From Eledone cirrhosa (Eukaryota): 64,000 bases of DNA. Positions 41,375-56,000 of the stretch are shown one piece after another. Location of the stretch: NCBI GenBank assembly GCA_964016885.1, contig OZ024759.1:2728001-2792000 (forward strand), in the 5' to 3' direction. A program made the position numbers and the translations under genes. How positions within the stretch are numbered: the first letter of the stretch is position 1; each line of letters starts with the position of its first letter. The notes under the pieces are model-generated. The model did not search any database. It was not told where the DNA came from and saw only the letters and a list, made by a program, of their open reading frames with translations.

Positions 41375-44300
41375 ACGGAGGTAGACGTGTATTAACGAGC
41401 TCTGTGTTTTACATTGGATTTACTTTGTAAAGAGTGAGTTTTGGGATTTATTTTTCTACTGTGATACACTTTAACCCTTCATTTGGGCCTGCAGACGTTG
41501 GGGTTATTATTATTTTTGTCCCTTTTTGGGGTGAAATTTTTCTTCTTTACAATGTTGTGAACTCAGCTTGTAGTAATGGACGGCATTTAATACAAGGCAC
41601 GGTGCCACGCCCCCCCCCCCCCCCCCAATTAAAAATCTTCAAGGAAAGATGAAAGCACAAAGTGCCCAGCTTCCCCCCTCCCTTTAACGAAAAACGTTAA
41701 TAAGGAACAACAGACAGCAACCAAAAATACAAAACTTGGAAATAATACCAGCAACGGAAAAATTATCGATACCAATATGACACCAAAGTGAACAGCGACA
41801 ACAACAACAATAACAAGAAAGACATCGACAGCGAAATTTCCTTTGCGGAAACTGAAAAAGAAACACAAGTGTTCCTACCTTTGGATTTAACCAACGTAAA
41901 GCAAAAGTTGGAAGAAGCAAAAAGGTATGTGACTTTCGAACCCGATGGTCCATTCAGCATTAATTCCCCAGAAGAAATAAAAAGAGAAATTGCCACGAGC
42001 ACGGTGGTGTTCAGGACAATCTCGAATGCTACAAAAAAACCCAGTACACCCGTCTCAGAGTGAGATAGAGCTGGTTTTAAGGAACCAAATGGTAAACATT
42101 TTGTTTATTCAAAAAGGCAAACTTTTTGGTAGCATTTTGGTGCTTATGAAGGATCAAGAAACGGCGCAAAAACATTCTATTGCGCCCATTGTGTCCACCC
42201 ACTTCACCTTTTTCCCGTCTTACATGGGAAGAAGGACTTATAAAATAAAATTCAGTTGCATAAGACCCAAAGTAGACACTTGGTGGCTACTTTGTGGCAT
42301 TTTAGACCTTGACCAAGACATTATAATCTCAGGTGGAAAGTCCCCCAGGGAGGTCTTTAGTAGGACCAGAGTAGAACTTCTGGTGCAGATGAGCCCAGAA
42401 AGGATAGCGAAGTTCTCACAGAGAATACACTTAGATGGAGAGACCTACATAAATATTTCAATTGAGGGTAGGCGACCCGCGTGTTAACACTGCGCAAGCA
42501 GAGGTCACCTGAGGGCTGCCTGCCCTCAACTGATAAAAAAAGAAACCATTATTACAAACACCACAAACAATAACACCATCAACACCACCACAACCACCAC
42601 CACCACAACAACAACAACAGCTCAAGAAAACAACACAAAACACGGTTCCACCCAGGCCCTCCCCACAGAACACAAATACAAAAACACACAGGGAAACACA
42701 ACCTGGTAATATACCCTCCCCTCCAATACTGAAGAGGAGCTCATATCCTCAGAAGATGAGGGGGCTCCCTTCCAAAAAGTCAAAAGAAAAGAACGTATAC
42801 ACACCACACGCACACAAACAAAAATAACCCACCTGACAACACAACACATACAACAAAACACAGGCACACTCAAGAACAACAAACAAAAAGAAACACAACA
42901 CAAAAACTCTACACATACATAAACAAAAGCAATAACAACTTAGTAGACAAAATAAACAATAACCCAAATTTTTCAATGGTAATGGGACTTCCTAACCTGA
43001 AAATGGTGAAGGTCCCACTTGACATTTTTAAAACATTGAAAAACATTTACCCTGAGGACGTGGGGCCACCCTGCACCAGGCCACTCAACCGTGTCCTCCC
43101 GAAAGGTCCCCCCCTCCTCAAACACCTACGCAATTCCAAACACTCCAACCCCTTCACACACTAATACCCCCACACCACCACAAACCACCACCCCACCCCC
43201 CATGGAAATTGTACAGCCCAGTTCGCGGGACGCAGAGAGGTAAGTGCCTCTTTCTTTACCACCAACATGGCTGAGTAGGTTGTCTAAATGTGCATGGCCT
43301 GGGCTCACCTTGGAAGCAAGCTAAACTTCTAAATTACCTCAGGTCACGATGTATAAATGTGATGGTTATTTGCGAGGCACGGATCAGCAGCGTGCGACAG
43401 CTAGCCCCCACCTTTGATGACTTTGAGATGCACGCATCTCTCTGTCAGCCCGGAGGTTGGGGTGGGGTTGTTCTGCGGCAAAAACATCTGGGTCTCGCTA
43501 CACAGACGATATACTTGGACCCGGAGGGTCGACTAGTGGTCCTGGACCTTGGCAGTGGTGAAGGCGAAGCTTTTAGGCTGGTCGCCGTTTTGGGGCAATG
43601 AGGCCGTACTTCTTCCATCGTCTGGAGACGTCCCGCTTCTTGCTTTTAGTGGGAGACTGGAATGGTATCCTAGATGCACGTTGGGACTATGTAGGGGCAT
43701 GGCCCGATAGAGGGGGGTGTAACAGCCTCAAGGGGTTAATCGGCCGATTTGACCTGGCCGATAGATATCGACTAGATTTTCCGACTGTGCCAACCTGGAC
43801 TTGGACAAATCATAGCGGTCAATCTAGATCGTACCTAGATAGGTTCTTAGTTAGAATTAAGGGTAGGGACTTTTTAAGTTGTCCAGAAATGCTCATGGTT
43901 GGCGATTCAGACCACAAGTTAGTGACCTGCATAGTCAACCTTGATAGAACGCATAGGCAGGGACCCGGTTACTGGAAGCTCAACTTGTCCTTACCGGCAA
44001 GTAAAGCTTACAGGGACCGGATTAGAACCTTAGTTAAGGAGCGGTTGACGGGCGCCATAGTCAACAACATGTGGTGGGGCTCTCTGAAAAGAGAGATTAG
44101 AGTAGTTTCAATAGGAGTTAGTCAGGAGTTAGCCTCAGATAGAAATAGGAAGGAAAGGGAGTTGGTAGATAATGTTAAAGAGGCAATGAGAAGCGGCAAC
44201 GTGGCCAGAGTGCTAGCGTCGAGAACGGCCTTGAGCCAGTTCTTCGACGCGAAGCACGAAGGCTGCGTTGTCCGAAGCAAAATACGTGCTCTGGGAAACG

Positions 44301-46170
44301 AGGGGACAAAAGCTGTTAGCTGGGCCCGCGTGACAGAAGCGAAAAGTGGGATTAGATCCACTATCTGGTCTTTGCGAGACCAGGATGGACGGGTGTTCCT
44401 TGAACCTAAGCAAATGTGCGAGGCCTTTCAAAGGCACTTTGCCCGATTATTCGGGAGGGGCGGTTGGGGATGTGGATTTCGGTCCATACCTCGACGGCCT
44501 GCCGCATCTTTCGGACGAGGTGGCGAGGTCCTGCGACAGGCCGGTCTCAGCTGCCGAATGCTAAGCCTATGCGGCAAACGCAAATCTCCAGGCCTCGATG
44601 GTCTGCCCTACGAACTATATATTAATATGCCGGACTTGTTCCCCGATCTCCTCGAGGCGGTCTACTGTAACTGGCAACAGAACGGGAGAATTCCCTGTTC
44701 TGTGACCAAGGTCGTAGTCTCGCTAGTGAGGAAGGACGAGAACAAGGGGGATGACATTAGTAATTTTAGGCCCATAACTCTGCTAAATGCAGAGTTAAAG
44801 ATTTTGGCCAAGGTGTTAGCGAAGAGGTTGGCGTTTGTCGTGGGGGGCTTGGTGGGAGATGCGCTGACATGCGCTATCCCGTCCAGGTCCATCTACGACA
44901 ACCTCCACCTCATGTGATACATCATAGAGAGGGTTAGGAATGAACCCGGCTTTGGTGGGGCCCTGATCAATTTAGATCAGTTTAAGGCTTTCGATAGGGT
45001 GGACCATGTTTACCTGAATGCGGTGCTAGTGGCGGCGTGTTTCGGACCCGTTTTCAGGGGCTGGATCACTGCCATGCATAGCAGCTGCATCTGCTTTAGA
45101 GTCAAGGTGAACGGCTACCTCTCTGAGGTATGGTGTGGGCCCTGTTTGTGAGGCGAGCCTTTCCGAAACTCATCTCGCTCACCGAGCTGCAGTCCTGAAG
45201 CAAAGACCGAGAAAACTGGGCGACTGGCATACCGAGTGTGCCCAGGCGCTCACGGCTCTCTGGCAGGCGGACCAGGCTATCAGTGCAGACTCCACCTCGT
45301 CATTCTATAGAGGGCTGGTGGTTAGCAGGTGCGACAACTCCCTCGGAGAAACCCTAGCCATGGAGGAGGACGAACTGGCCAGCCTATTCGGTAGGACATT
45401 CGGCCCGGGACCTATGGACAACTTCCAGAGGTCCTTGGCCTGGCAGTGCTACCGATGGGCTTTGCCCATTTGGGATAAGCTCTACAGACACGGGCGCCCG
45501 GGTAGGGACCCCTCGAAAAAGATCTGTCCCAGATGTGTGCGCGACGAGGAAACCGTTGCGCACGCATTGGTACACTGCCCGGGCGTTGCCAATCTGTGGG
45601 GCTATGTCGAATGACTGCTGTCACGGGTGGGACCAATCCGGTTGACCACCAAGTCCATTGTAACGATCAAGCCGCCTCCCCTCTTCAAAAATGAAGGAGA
45701 GGCGGTCTTCCTCTGTGTAATAGCCATGGTAAAAGAGGTGGTATGGTGGACGCGTCTAAAAGGGCTGAGGTCGGACACCTTTCTCTCCGGCCAACAACTA
45801 GTCCTTTTCTTCCGATACCATTTCGGAAGAAGGATCAGGATGGAAAGAGAGGTGCTCCACCCCAGCCATTTTTATGAAAGGTGGGTGAAAGTTGCGATAA
45901 TGGCCCATGTGAATGGGCCTTCTCTCTACCTTAGCCTGTACGTGGAAAAGGATGGAGGAAGAAGGGAGCACCCTCTCTTTGTGCTCCCGTGGAGAAGGGT
46001 CGCACATTTTTTCGGGTGTGTGTGTGACCCCCAAAACGATTCCTCCCTATTGAGGACCTTTTTGTTATAATTTTATTCGTTATTACTTTTTTTACTCGAT
46101 TTTTATGTAACCGCCCCCCCCCCATGTATGTGTCCCTTTCTTTTGTGCCCTCGTGGCAAATAAATAGAAA
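41375..46170 (+). mobile_element. Near full-span Tx1/L1-like LINE (ORF1 with CCHC knuckle; ORF2 with stops and deletion)
   Basis: ORF1 IEGRRPAC*HCASRGHLRAACP (~42465-42525); APE and RT N-half (NFRPITLLN, LDQ.KAFDRVDH); deletion at ~45125. Confidence 0.9.
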
Positions 46171-46817
46171 TTTATCTATCTATTTACCTGTCTGTGGTTC
46201 ATCCGTTTATTAAAATGGTATATACTTTATATTTCAATCTAACCCTCCAAAATGTGTTTACATCTATGAATTAATTAAACCATTCTGTCAACACATGCAC
46301 TGTTATGCAAATTAGGCTGCCCAGCTTAGCTGAGTCCTGCTTTATACACATTATAGTGTATATAAACACTATTTATAGTTCTGTTATAGCTAATAAGCTA
46401 TAAATATTTGTCTGATGAAATTTTAATAAGAGTAGAAATAAATCAGATTTGATTTCATCTTTTCTGTCCACAGAGAAATAAAAACCTGTGGCAATAACAC
46501 AGGAATGCCGCACGTGGAGGAAGGCTGTCGTAGAACAGACCTGTCCAACTCATGCAAGTAATCAAAAACATGCATACAAAAGATTAACATCGGTAGAGCG
46601 TCGGACAACATGCTTTGCAGCACAGAGTTATGGCCCTTTACGTTCTGAGTTCAAAACCCAGTGTGGTTAGCTTTGCCTTTCAACTTTACAGGGTCACTAA
46701 AATAAGGCACCAGTAATGCACTGGGGTTGATTGAAATCGACTTGCCCCTCCCCCCAAAAAATTGCTGGCCTTGTACCTGAATGAGAAACCATTATTGTTA
46801 TTATTGATTATTTGTAG

Positions 46818-46996
46818 ATATTATTGATCTTCAAATAGTCTCACTGGCATGTGAGATTGAAAACTTGGACGTGAACTTAATGAAGTGGACAGTAATACAA
46901 TCAAATGGTCAGAAGGTGATCCTGTACCCAGGTGGGAGGAAGGAATATCTTCCTAAAGTCTTATTCAGTATGAAATCAGATGTGAAATCTGGACAG
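46818..46996 (+). CDS. SPAG17: SPAG17-like exon F (phase 1-0)
   Basis: ttgtag|..KWTVIQSNGQKVILYPGGRKEYLPKVLFSMKSDVKSGQ|gtaagt; in phase with exon E; resembles recalled WFTTTPEG...LLSFQATDPVNG. Confidence 0.72.
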
Positions 46997-47032
46997 GTAA
47001 GTTTCTTTGTTATATAGAGTATGGCAGCTGGT

Positions 47033-50000
47033 AGTTTGACTCCAAGTAACGTGACTCGCAGTAATTTGAGTGCCAGTAATATAACTCCCAGTAATATGAC
47101 TCCTAGTAATGTGACTACCAGTAATTTGACGCCCAGTAACGTGACTGCCAGTAATGTGACTTCAAATAATGTGACTCACAGTAATGTGACACCCAGTAAT
47201 TTGACTGCCAGGAATTCGACTGCCAGTAATTTGACTGCCAGCAATGTGACTCCAAGAAATGTGACTCCCAGCAATGTGACTGGCAGTAACGTGACTACAA
47301 GTAATGTGACTGCCAGTAATTTGACTGTCAGTAATTTGACTTTCAGTAATGTGACTGACAGTAATGTGACTGCCAGTAAATTGACTCCCAGTAATGTAAC
47401 TCCCACTAATGTGACTCTCAGTAATGTGACTCCCAATAATGTGAGTCCCAGTAACGTGACTCCCAGTAACGTGACTCCCAGTAATGTGACTGCCAGTAAT
47501 TTTACTCCCAGTAAATTGACTCCCAATAATGTGACTCCCAGTAATGTGACAGCCATTAATGCGATTTCCAGTAATGCAACTCCCAATAATGTGACTGCCA
47601 GTAATGTGACTGCCAGTAATGTGAACCCAGTAATGCGACTCCCAACAATGTGACTCACAGTAATGTGACTGCCAGTAATGTGTCTGCCAGTAATATGACT
47701 CCTAGTAATATGACTGCCAGTAATGTGACACCCAGTAATGCGGCTCCCAATAATTTGATTCCTTATAATGTGACTCGCAGTAATTTGAGTGCCAGTAATT
47801 TGACTCCCAATAATATGACTGCTAGTAATGTAACTGCCAGTAATTTGACGCCCAGTAACGTGACTGCCAGTAATGTGACTTAAAATAATGTGACTACCTG
47901 TAATGTGTCTGCCAGTAATTTGACTACCAGTAATGTGAGTCCCAGTAATTTGATTGCCAGCAATGTGACGCCCAATAATGTGACGCCCAGTAATGTGACT
48001 CCCAGTAATGTGACTGCCAGTAATGTGACTGCCAGTAATGTGACTACCAGTAACTTGACTCCCAGTAATGTGACTCACAGTAATGTCACCCCCAATAATG
48101 TGATTCCCAGTAATTTTACTCCCAGTAAATTGACTCCCAATAATGTGACTGCCAGTAATGTGACTGCCAGTAATGTGACTGCCAGTAATGTGACACCCAG
48201 TAATGTAACACCCAGTAATGTCTCTCCCAATAATGTGACTCCCAATAATGTTATTCCCAATAATGTGACGCCCAATAATGTGACTCCCAGTAATGTGACT
48301 GCCAGTAATGTGACTCCCAGTAATATGACTGCCAGTAATGTGACTCCCAGGAATGTGATGGCCAGAAATGTGACTGCCAGTAATATGACTCCCAGTATGT
48401 GTACTCCCAGTAATGCGGCTCCCAATAATTTGATTACTTATAATGTGACTCACAGTAATATTAGTGCCAGTAATTTGACTCCTAATCATGTGACTGCCAG
48501 CAATGTGATCCCAGTAATGTGACTGCCTGTATTTTGACTCCCGGTAATGTGATTGCCAGTACCTTGACTGCTAGTAATGTGATGCCAGTAACGTGATGCC
48601 AGTATTGTGACACCCAGTAATGTGACTCCCACTAATGTGACTGCCAGTAATCTGAGTCCCAGTAATGTGACTAACAGTAATGTGGCTCCCAGTAATGTGG
48701 CTGCCAGTAATGTTGATTACCAGTAATCTGAGTGCCAGTAATGTGATTCCAGTAATTTGAATGCCAGTAATGTGAATCCCAGTAATGTGACTGCTAGTAA
48801 TGCGAATCCGGATAATGCGGCTCCCAATAATATGATTCCTTATGATGTGATTCCCAGTTATTTGACTCTCAGTAATGTGACTCGCAGTAATTTGAGTGCC
48901 ATTAATTTGAATTCCAATCATATGACTCCTAGTAATGTGACTCCCAGTAATTTGACTGCCAGTAATTCGACTGCCTGTAATTTGACTGCCAGCAATGTGA
49001 CTACAAGTAATGTGACTCCCAGCAATGTGACTGACAGTAACGTGACTACAAGTAATCGACTGCCAGTAATTTGACTGTCAGTAATTTGACTCCCAGTAAT
49101 GTGACGACCAGTAATTTGACTGTCAGTAATTTAACTTTCAGTAATGTGACTCCCAATAATGTAAGTCCCAGTAATGTGACTCCCAGTAATTTGACTCCCA
49201 GTAATGTGACTGCCAGTAATGTGACTCCCAGTAATGTGACTGCCAGTAGCAAGCGTCCCAGTAATGCGGATCCAATAATTTGATTACTTATAATGTGACT
49301 CACAGTAATTTGACTCCAAATAATTTGACTCCCATTAATATGACTGCCAGTAATTTGACTCCCAGTATTTTGACTCCCACTAAATTGACTCCCAGTAATG
49401 TGAATGGCAGTAATGCGACTCCCAATAATGTGACTGCCATTAATGTGGCTGCCAGTAATTTTACTCCCAGTAATCTGACTGCCAGTAATTTGACTGCCAG
49501 TAATGTCACAGCCAGTAATGCGACTCCCAATAATGTGACTGCCATTAATGTGACTGCCAATAATTTTACTCCCAGTAGTATGGCTGCCAGTAATGTGACT
49601 CCCAGTAATGTGACTCCCAGTAACTTGACTGCCAGTAATGTGATGACAGTAACGTGACTCCCAGTAATGCGACTCCCAATAATGTGACTACCAGTAATGT
49701 GATTCCAGTAAGTTGACTGCCAGTAATGTGACTGCCAATAATGTGACTCCCAATAATCTGACTACCAGTAATGTGACTCCCACTAATATGACTCCCTGTA
49801 ATGTGATTCCTAGTAATTTGACTCCCAGTAATGTGACTCCCATTAAGTTGACTGGCAGTAATTTGCATCCCAGTAAAGTGACAGGCAGTAATATGACACC
49901 CATTAATGTGATTCGCAGTAATGTGACTCCCACTAAATTGACTCCCAGTAATGTGAATGCCAGTAATGCGACTCCCAAAATGTGACTGCCATTAATGTGA

Positions 50001-53000
50001 CTGCCAGTAATTTTACTCCTAGTAATGTGATTCCCAGTAATTTGACCTCCAGTAATGTGACTCCCAGTAATGTGACTAGCAGTAATTTTACTCCCAGCAA
50101 TGCAACTCCCAGTATTGTGACTCCCAAAATTTGACGCTAGTAATGTGACTGCCAGAGATGTGAATCCCAGTAATGTGACTCCAAGTAATTTGACTCCCAG
50201 TAATGTGACTGCCGGTAATGTGACAGCGTGTAAGTTGGCTGCTGGTCATTTAACTGCCAGTAACTTGACTTCCAGTAATTTGACTGCCAGAAATTTCACT
50301 CCCAGTAATGTGACTACCTGTAATTTGACGCCCAGTAATCTGACTGCCAGGAATGTGACTGCCAGTAATTTGACTGCCAGTAATGTGACAGCCTGTAATG
50401 TGACTCCCAGTAATTCGACTCCCAGCAATGTGACTACCTGTAATATGAATGCTGATAATGTGACACCCAGTAATGTGATTCCTAGTAATTTGCCGACCAG
50501 TAATCTGACTGGCAGTTATGTGACTGCCAGTAATTTGACTGCCAGTAATGTGACAGCCAGTAATGTGACTCCCAGTAATTTAACTGCCAGTAATTCGACT
50601 GCCAGTAATTTGAATGCCAGCACTGTGACTGGCATTAATGTGACTACAAGAAATGTGACTACCAGTAATGTGACTGCCAGTAATTTGACTGGCAGTAATG
50701 TGACAGCCAGTATTGTGACAGCCATTAATTCAACTCCCAGTAATGCGACTCCCAATAATGTGACTGCCAGTAATGTGACACCCAGTAATATGACTGCCAG
50801 TTATGTGACTCCCAGTAAGGTGACTGCCGCTAATGTGACTCCTAGTAATATGACTGCCAGTAATGTGGCTCTCTGGAAAGTGACTGCCAGTAATGTGACA
50901 CCCAGTAATTTGACTCACAGTAATGTGACTCCCAGTAATGTGACACTCAGTAATGTGACTCCCACTAATGTGACTCCCAGTAATGTGACTCCCGTAATTT
51001 GACAACCAGTAATGTGACTCCCAGTAATGTGAGAGCCATTAATTCAACTCCCAGCAATGCGACTCCCAATAATGTGACTGCCGTTAATGTGACTGCCAAT
51101 AATGTGACTGCCATTAATGTGGCTGCCAGTAATGTGACTCCCAGTAATGTGACTCCCAGTAACTTGACTGCCAGTAATGTGATGACAGTAACGTGACTCC
51201 CAGTAATGCGACTCCCAATAATGTGACTACCAGTAATGTGATTCCAGTAAGTTGACTGCCAGTAATGTGACTGCCAATAATGTGACTCCCAGTAATGTGA
51301 CTCCCAATAATCTGACTACCAGTAATGTGACTCCCACTAATATGACTCCCTGTAATGTGATTCCTAGTAATTTGACTCCCAGTAATGTGACTCCCATTAA
51401 GTTGACTGGCAGTAATTTGCATCCCAGTAAAGTGACAGGCAGTAATATGACACCCATTAATATGATTCGCAGTAATGTGACTCCCACTAAATTGACTCCC
51501 AGTAATGTGAATGCCAGTAATGCGACTCCCAAAAATGTGACTGCCATTAATGTGACTGCCAGTAATTTTACTCCTAGTAATGTGATTCCCAGTAATTTGA
51601 CCTCCAGTAATGTGACTCCCAGTAATGTGACTAGCAGTAATTTTACTCCCAGCAATGCAACTCCCAGTATTGTGACTCCCAAAATTTGACGCTAGTAATG
51701 TGACTGCCAGAGATGTGAATCCCAGTAATGTGACTCCAAGTAATTTGACTCCCAGTAATGTGACTGCCGGTAATGTGACAGCGTGTAAGTTGGCTGCTGG
51801 TCATTTAACTGCCAGTAATTTGACTTCCAGTAATTTGACTGCCAGTAATTTCACTCCCAGTAATGTGACTTCCAGTAATGTGACTACCTGTAATTTGACG
51901 CCCAGTAATCTGACTGCCAGGAATGTGACTGCCAGTAATTTGACTGCCAGTAATGTGACAGCCTGTAATGTGACTCCCAGTAATTCGACTCCCAGCAATG
52001 TGACTACCTGTAATATGAATGCTGATAATGTGACACCCAGTAATGTGATTCCTAGTAATTTGCCGACCAGTAATCTGACTGGCAGTTGTGTGACTGCCAG
52101 TAATTTGACTGCCAGTAATGTGACAGCCAGTAATGTGACTCCCAGTAATTTAACTGCCAGTAATTCGACTGCCAGTAATTTGAATGCCAGCACTGTGACT
52201 GGCATTAATGTGACTACAAGAAATGTGACTACCAGTAATGTGACTGCCAGTAATTTGACTGGCAGTAATGTGACAGCCAGTATTATGACTGCCAGTAATT
52301 TGACTGCCAGTAATTTGACTCCCAGTAATGCAACTCCCAGTATTGTGACTCCCAAAATTTGACGCTAGTAATGTGACTGCCAGAGATGTGAATCCCAGTA
52401 ATGTGACTCCAAGTAATTTGACTCCCAGTAATGTGACTGCCGGTAATGTGACAGCGTGTAAGTTGGCTGCTGGTCATTTAACTGCCAGTAACTTGACTTC
52501 CAGTAATTTGACTGCCAGAAATTTCACTCCCAGTAATGTGACTACCTGTAATTTGACGCCCAGTAATCTGACTGCCAGGAATGTGACTGCCAGTAATTTG
52601 ACTGCCAGTAATGTGACAGCCTGTAATGTGACTCCCAGTAATTCGACTCCCAGCAATGTGACTACCTGTAATATGAATGCTGATAATGTGACACCCAGTA
52701 ATGTGATTCCTAGTAATTTGCCGACCAGTAATCTGACTGGCAGTTATGTGACTGCCAGTAATTTGACTGCCAGTAATGTGACAGCCAGTAATGTGACTCC
52801 CAGTAATTTAACTGCCAGTAATTCGACTGCCAGTAATTTGAATGCCAGCACTGTGACTGGCATTAATGTGACTACAAGAAATGTGACTACCAGTAATGTG
52901 ACTGCCAGTAATTTGACTGGCAGTAATGTGACAGCCAGTATTGTGACAGCCATTAATTCAACTCCCAGTAATGCGACTCCCAATAATGTGACTGCCAGTA

Positions 53001-56000
53001 ATGTGACACCCAGTAATATGACTGCCAGTTATGTGACTCCCAGTAAGGTGACTGCCGCTAATGTGACTCCTAGTAATATGACTGCCAGTAATGTGGCTCT
53101 CTGGAAAGTGACTGCCAGTAATGTGACACCCAGTAATTTGACTCACAGTAATGTGACTCCCAGTAATGTGACACTCAGTAATGTGACTCCCACTAATGTG
53201 ACTCCCAGTAATGTGACTCCCGTAATTTGACAACCAGTAATGTGACTCCCAGTAATGTGAGAGCCATTAATTCAACTCCCAGCAATGCGACTCCCAATAA
53301 TGTGACTGCCGTTAATGTGACTGCCAATAATGTGACTGCCATTAATGTGGCTGCCAGTAATGTGACTCCCAGTAATGTGACTCCCAGTAACTTGACTGCC
53401 AGTAATGTGATGACAGTAACGTGACTCCCAGTAATGCGACTCCCAATAATGTGACTACCAGTAATGTGATTCCAGTAAGTTGACTGCCAGTAATGTGACT
53501 GCCAATAATGTGACTCCCAGTAATGTGACTCCCAATAATCTGACTACCAGTAATGTGACTCCCACTAATATGACTCCCTGTAATGTGATTCCTAGTAATT
53601 TGACTCCCAGTAATGTGACTCCCATTAAGTTGACTGGCAGTAATTTGCATCCCAGTAAAGTGACAGGCAGTAATATGACACCCATTAATATGATTCGCAG
53701 TAATGTGACTCCCACTAAATTGACTCCCAGTAATGTGAATGCCAGTAATGCGACTCCCAAAATGTGACTGCCATTAATGTGACTGCCAGTAATTTTACTC
53801 CTAGTAATGTGATTCCCAGTAATTTGACCTCCAGTAATGTGACTCCCAGTAATGTGACTAGCAGTAATTTTACTCCCAGCAATGCAACTCCCAGTATTGT
53901 GACTCCCAAAATTTGACGCTAGTAATGTGACTGCCAGAGATGTGAATCCCAGTAATGTGACTCCAAGTAATTTGACTCCCAGTAATGTGACTGCCGGTAA
54001 TGTGACAGCGTGTAAGTTGGCTGCTGGTCATTTAACTGCCAGTAATTTGACTTCCAGTAATTTGACTGCCAGTAATTTCACTCCCAGTAATGTGACTTCC
54101 AGTAATGTGACTACCTGTAATTTGACGCCCAGTAATCTGACTGCCAGGAATGTGACTGCCAGTAATTTGACTGCCAGTAATGTGACAGCCTGTAATGTGA
54201 CTCCCAGTAATTCGACTCCCAGCAATGTGACTACCTGTAATATGAATGCTGATAATGTGACACCCAGTAATGTGATTCCTAGTAATTTGCCGACCAGTAA
54301 TCTGACTGGCAGTTGTGTGACTGCCAGTAATTTGACTGCCAGTAATGTGACAGCCAGTAATGTGACTCCCAGTAATTTAACTGCCAGTAATTCGACTGCC
54401 AGTAATTTGAATGCCAGCACTGTGACTGGCATTAATGTGACTACAAGAAATGTGACTACCAGTAATGTGACTGCCAGTAATTTGACTGGCAGTAATGTGA
54501 CAGCCAGTATTATGACTGCCAGTAATTTGACTGCCAGTAATTTGACTCCCAGTAATGTGTCTCCCACTAATGTGACTCCCAGTAATGTGACTCCCGTAAT
54601 TTGACAACCAGTAATGTGACTCCCAGTAATGTGGCTCTCTGGAAAGTGACTGCCAGTAATGTGACACCCAGTAATTTTACTCACAGTAATGTGACTCCCA
54701 GTAATGTGATACTCAGTAATGTGACTCCCACTAATGTGACTCCCAGTAATGTGACTCCCGTAATTTGACAACCAGTAATGTGACTCCCAGTAATGTGAGA
54801 GCCATTAATTCAACTCCCAGCAATGCGACTCCCAATAATGTGACTGCCAGTAATGTGACACCCAGTAATATGACTGCCAGTTATGTGACTCCCAGTAAGG
54901 TGACTGCCGCTAATGTGACTCCTAGTAATATGACTGCCAGTAATGTGGCTCTCTGGAAAGTGACTGCCAGTAATGTGACACCCAACAATGTGACTGGCAT
55001 TTATGTGACTACAAGAAATGTGACTGCCAGTAATGTGACAGCCAGTAATGTGACTACCAGTAATTTGACTGTCAGTATTTTGACGCCCAGTAACGGGACT
55101 GCCAGTAATGTGACTCCAAATAATGTGACTCCCAGTAATCTGACTGCCAGTAATGTGAATGCCAGTAATTTGACTGCCAGTAATCTGACAGCCAGTAATG
55201 TGACTGCCAGTAATTTGACTGCCAGTAATTCGACTGCCAGTAAATTGATTGCCAGCAATGTGACTCCCAGCAATGTGACTGACATTTATGTGACTACAAG
55301 AAATGTGAATGCCAGTAATGTGACTGCCAGTAATTTGACAGCCAGTAATGTGACAGCCAGTAATGTGACTACCTGTAATTTGACTCCCAGTAATTTGACT
55401 GCCAGTATTTTGACTACCAGTAATGTGACGACCAGTAATCTGACTGCCAGTAATTTAACTTTCAGTAATGTGACTGCCAGTAATGTGACTCCCAGTAATT
55501 TGACTCCAAGTAATGTGACTCCCACTAATGTGACTCCCAGTAAAGTGACTCCCAGTAATTTGACTACCAGTAATGTGATTCCCAGTAATGTGACTCCCAG
55601 TAATGTGACTCCCAGTAATTTGAGTGCCAGCAATATGACTGCCCGTAAGGTGCCTTCCAGTAATGTGAATCCTAGTAATATGACTGCCAGTAATGTGGCT
55701 CCCAGGAATGTGACTGCCAGCAATGTAACTCCCAGTAATATGACTTCCAGTAATGTGACTCCAAGTAATGTGACTGCCAGTAATAAGCCTGCCAGTAATG
55801 CGGCTCCCAATAATTTGATTCCTTATAATGTGACTCACAGTAATTTGACTCCCAGTAATGTGACTGCCAGTAATTTGACTCCAAGTAAATTGACGCCCAG
55901 TAATGTGACTGCCAGTAATGCGACTCCCAATAATGTGACTGCCATTAATGTGAATGCCAGTAAATTTAGTCCAAGTAATGTGACTCCAAGTAATTTGACT

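Noticed and set aside
46408-46450. CTGATGA...GAAA...TC as another hammerhead
   Set aside because: Stems I-III do not pair convincingly.
46474-46557. Possible extra SPAG17 exon after tccacag
   Set aside because: A phase-1 join at 46474 gives an immediate TAA. The alternative AG (46476) ends in phase 2, incompatible with the next exon, while exons E and F join in phase directly.
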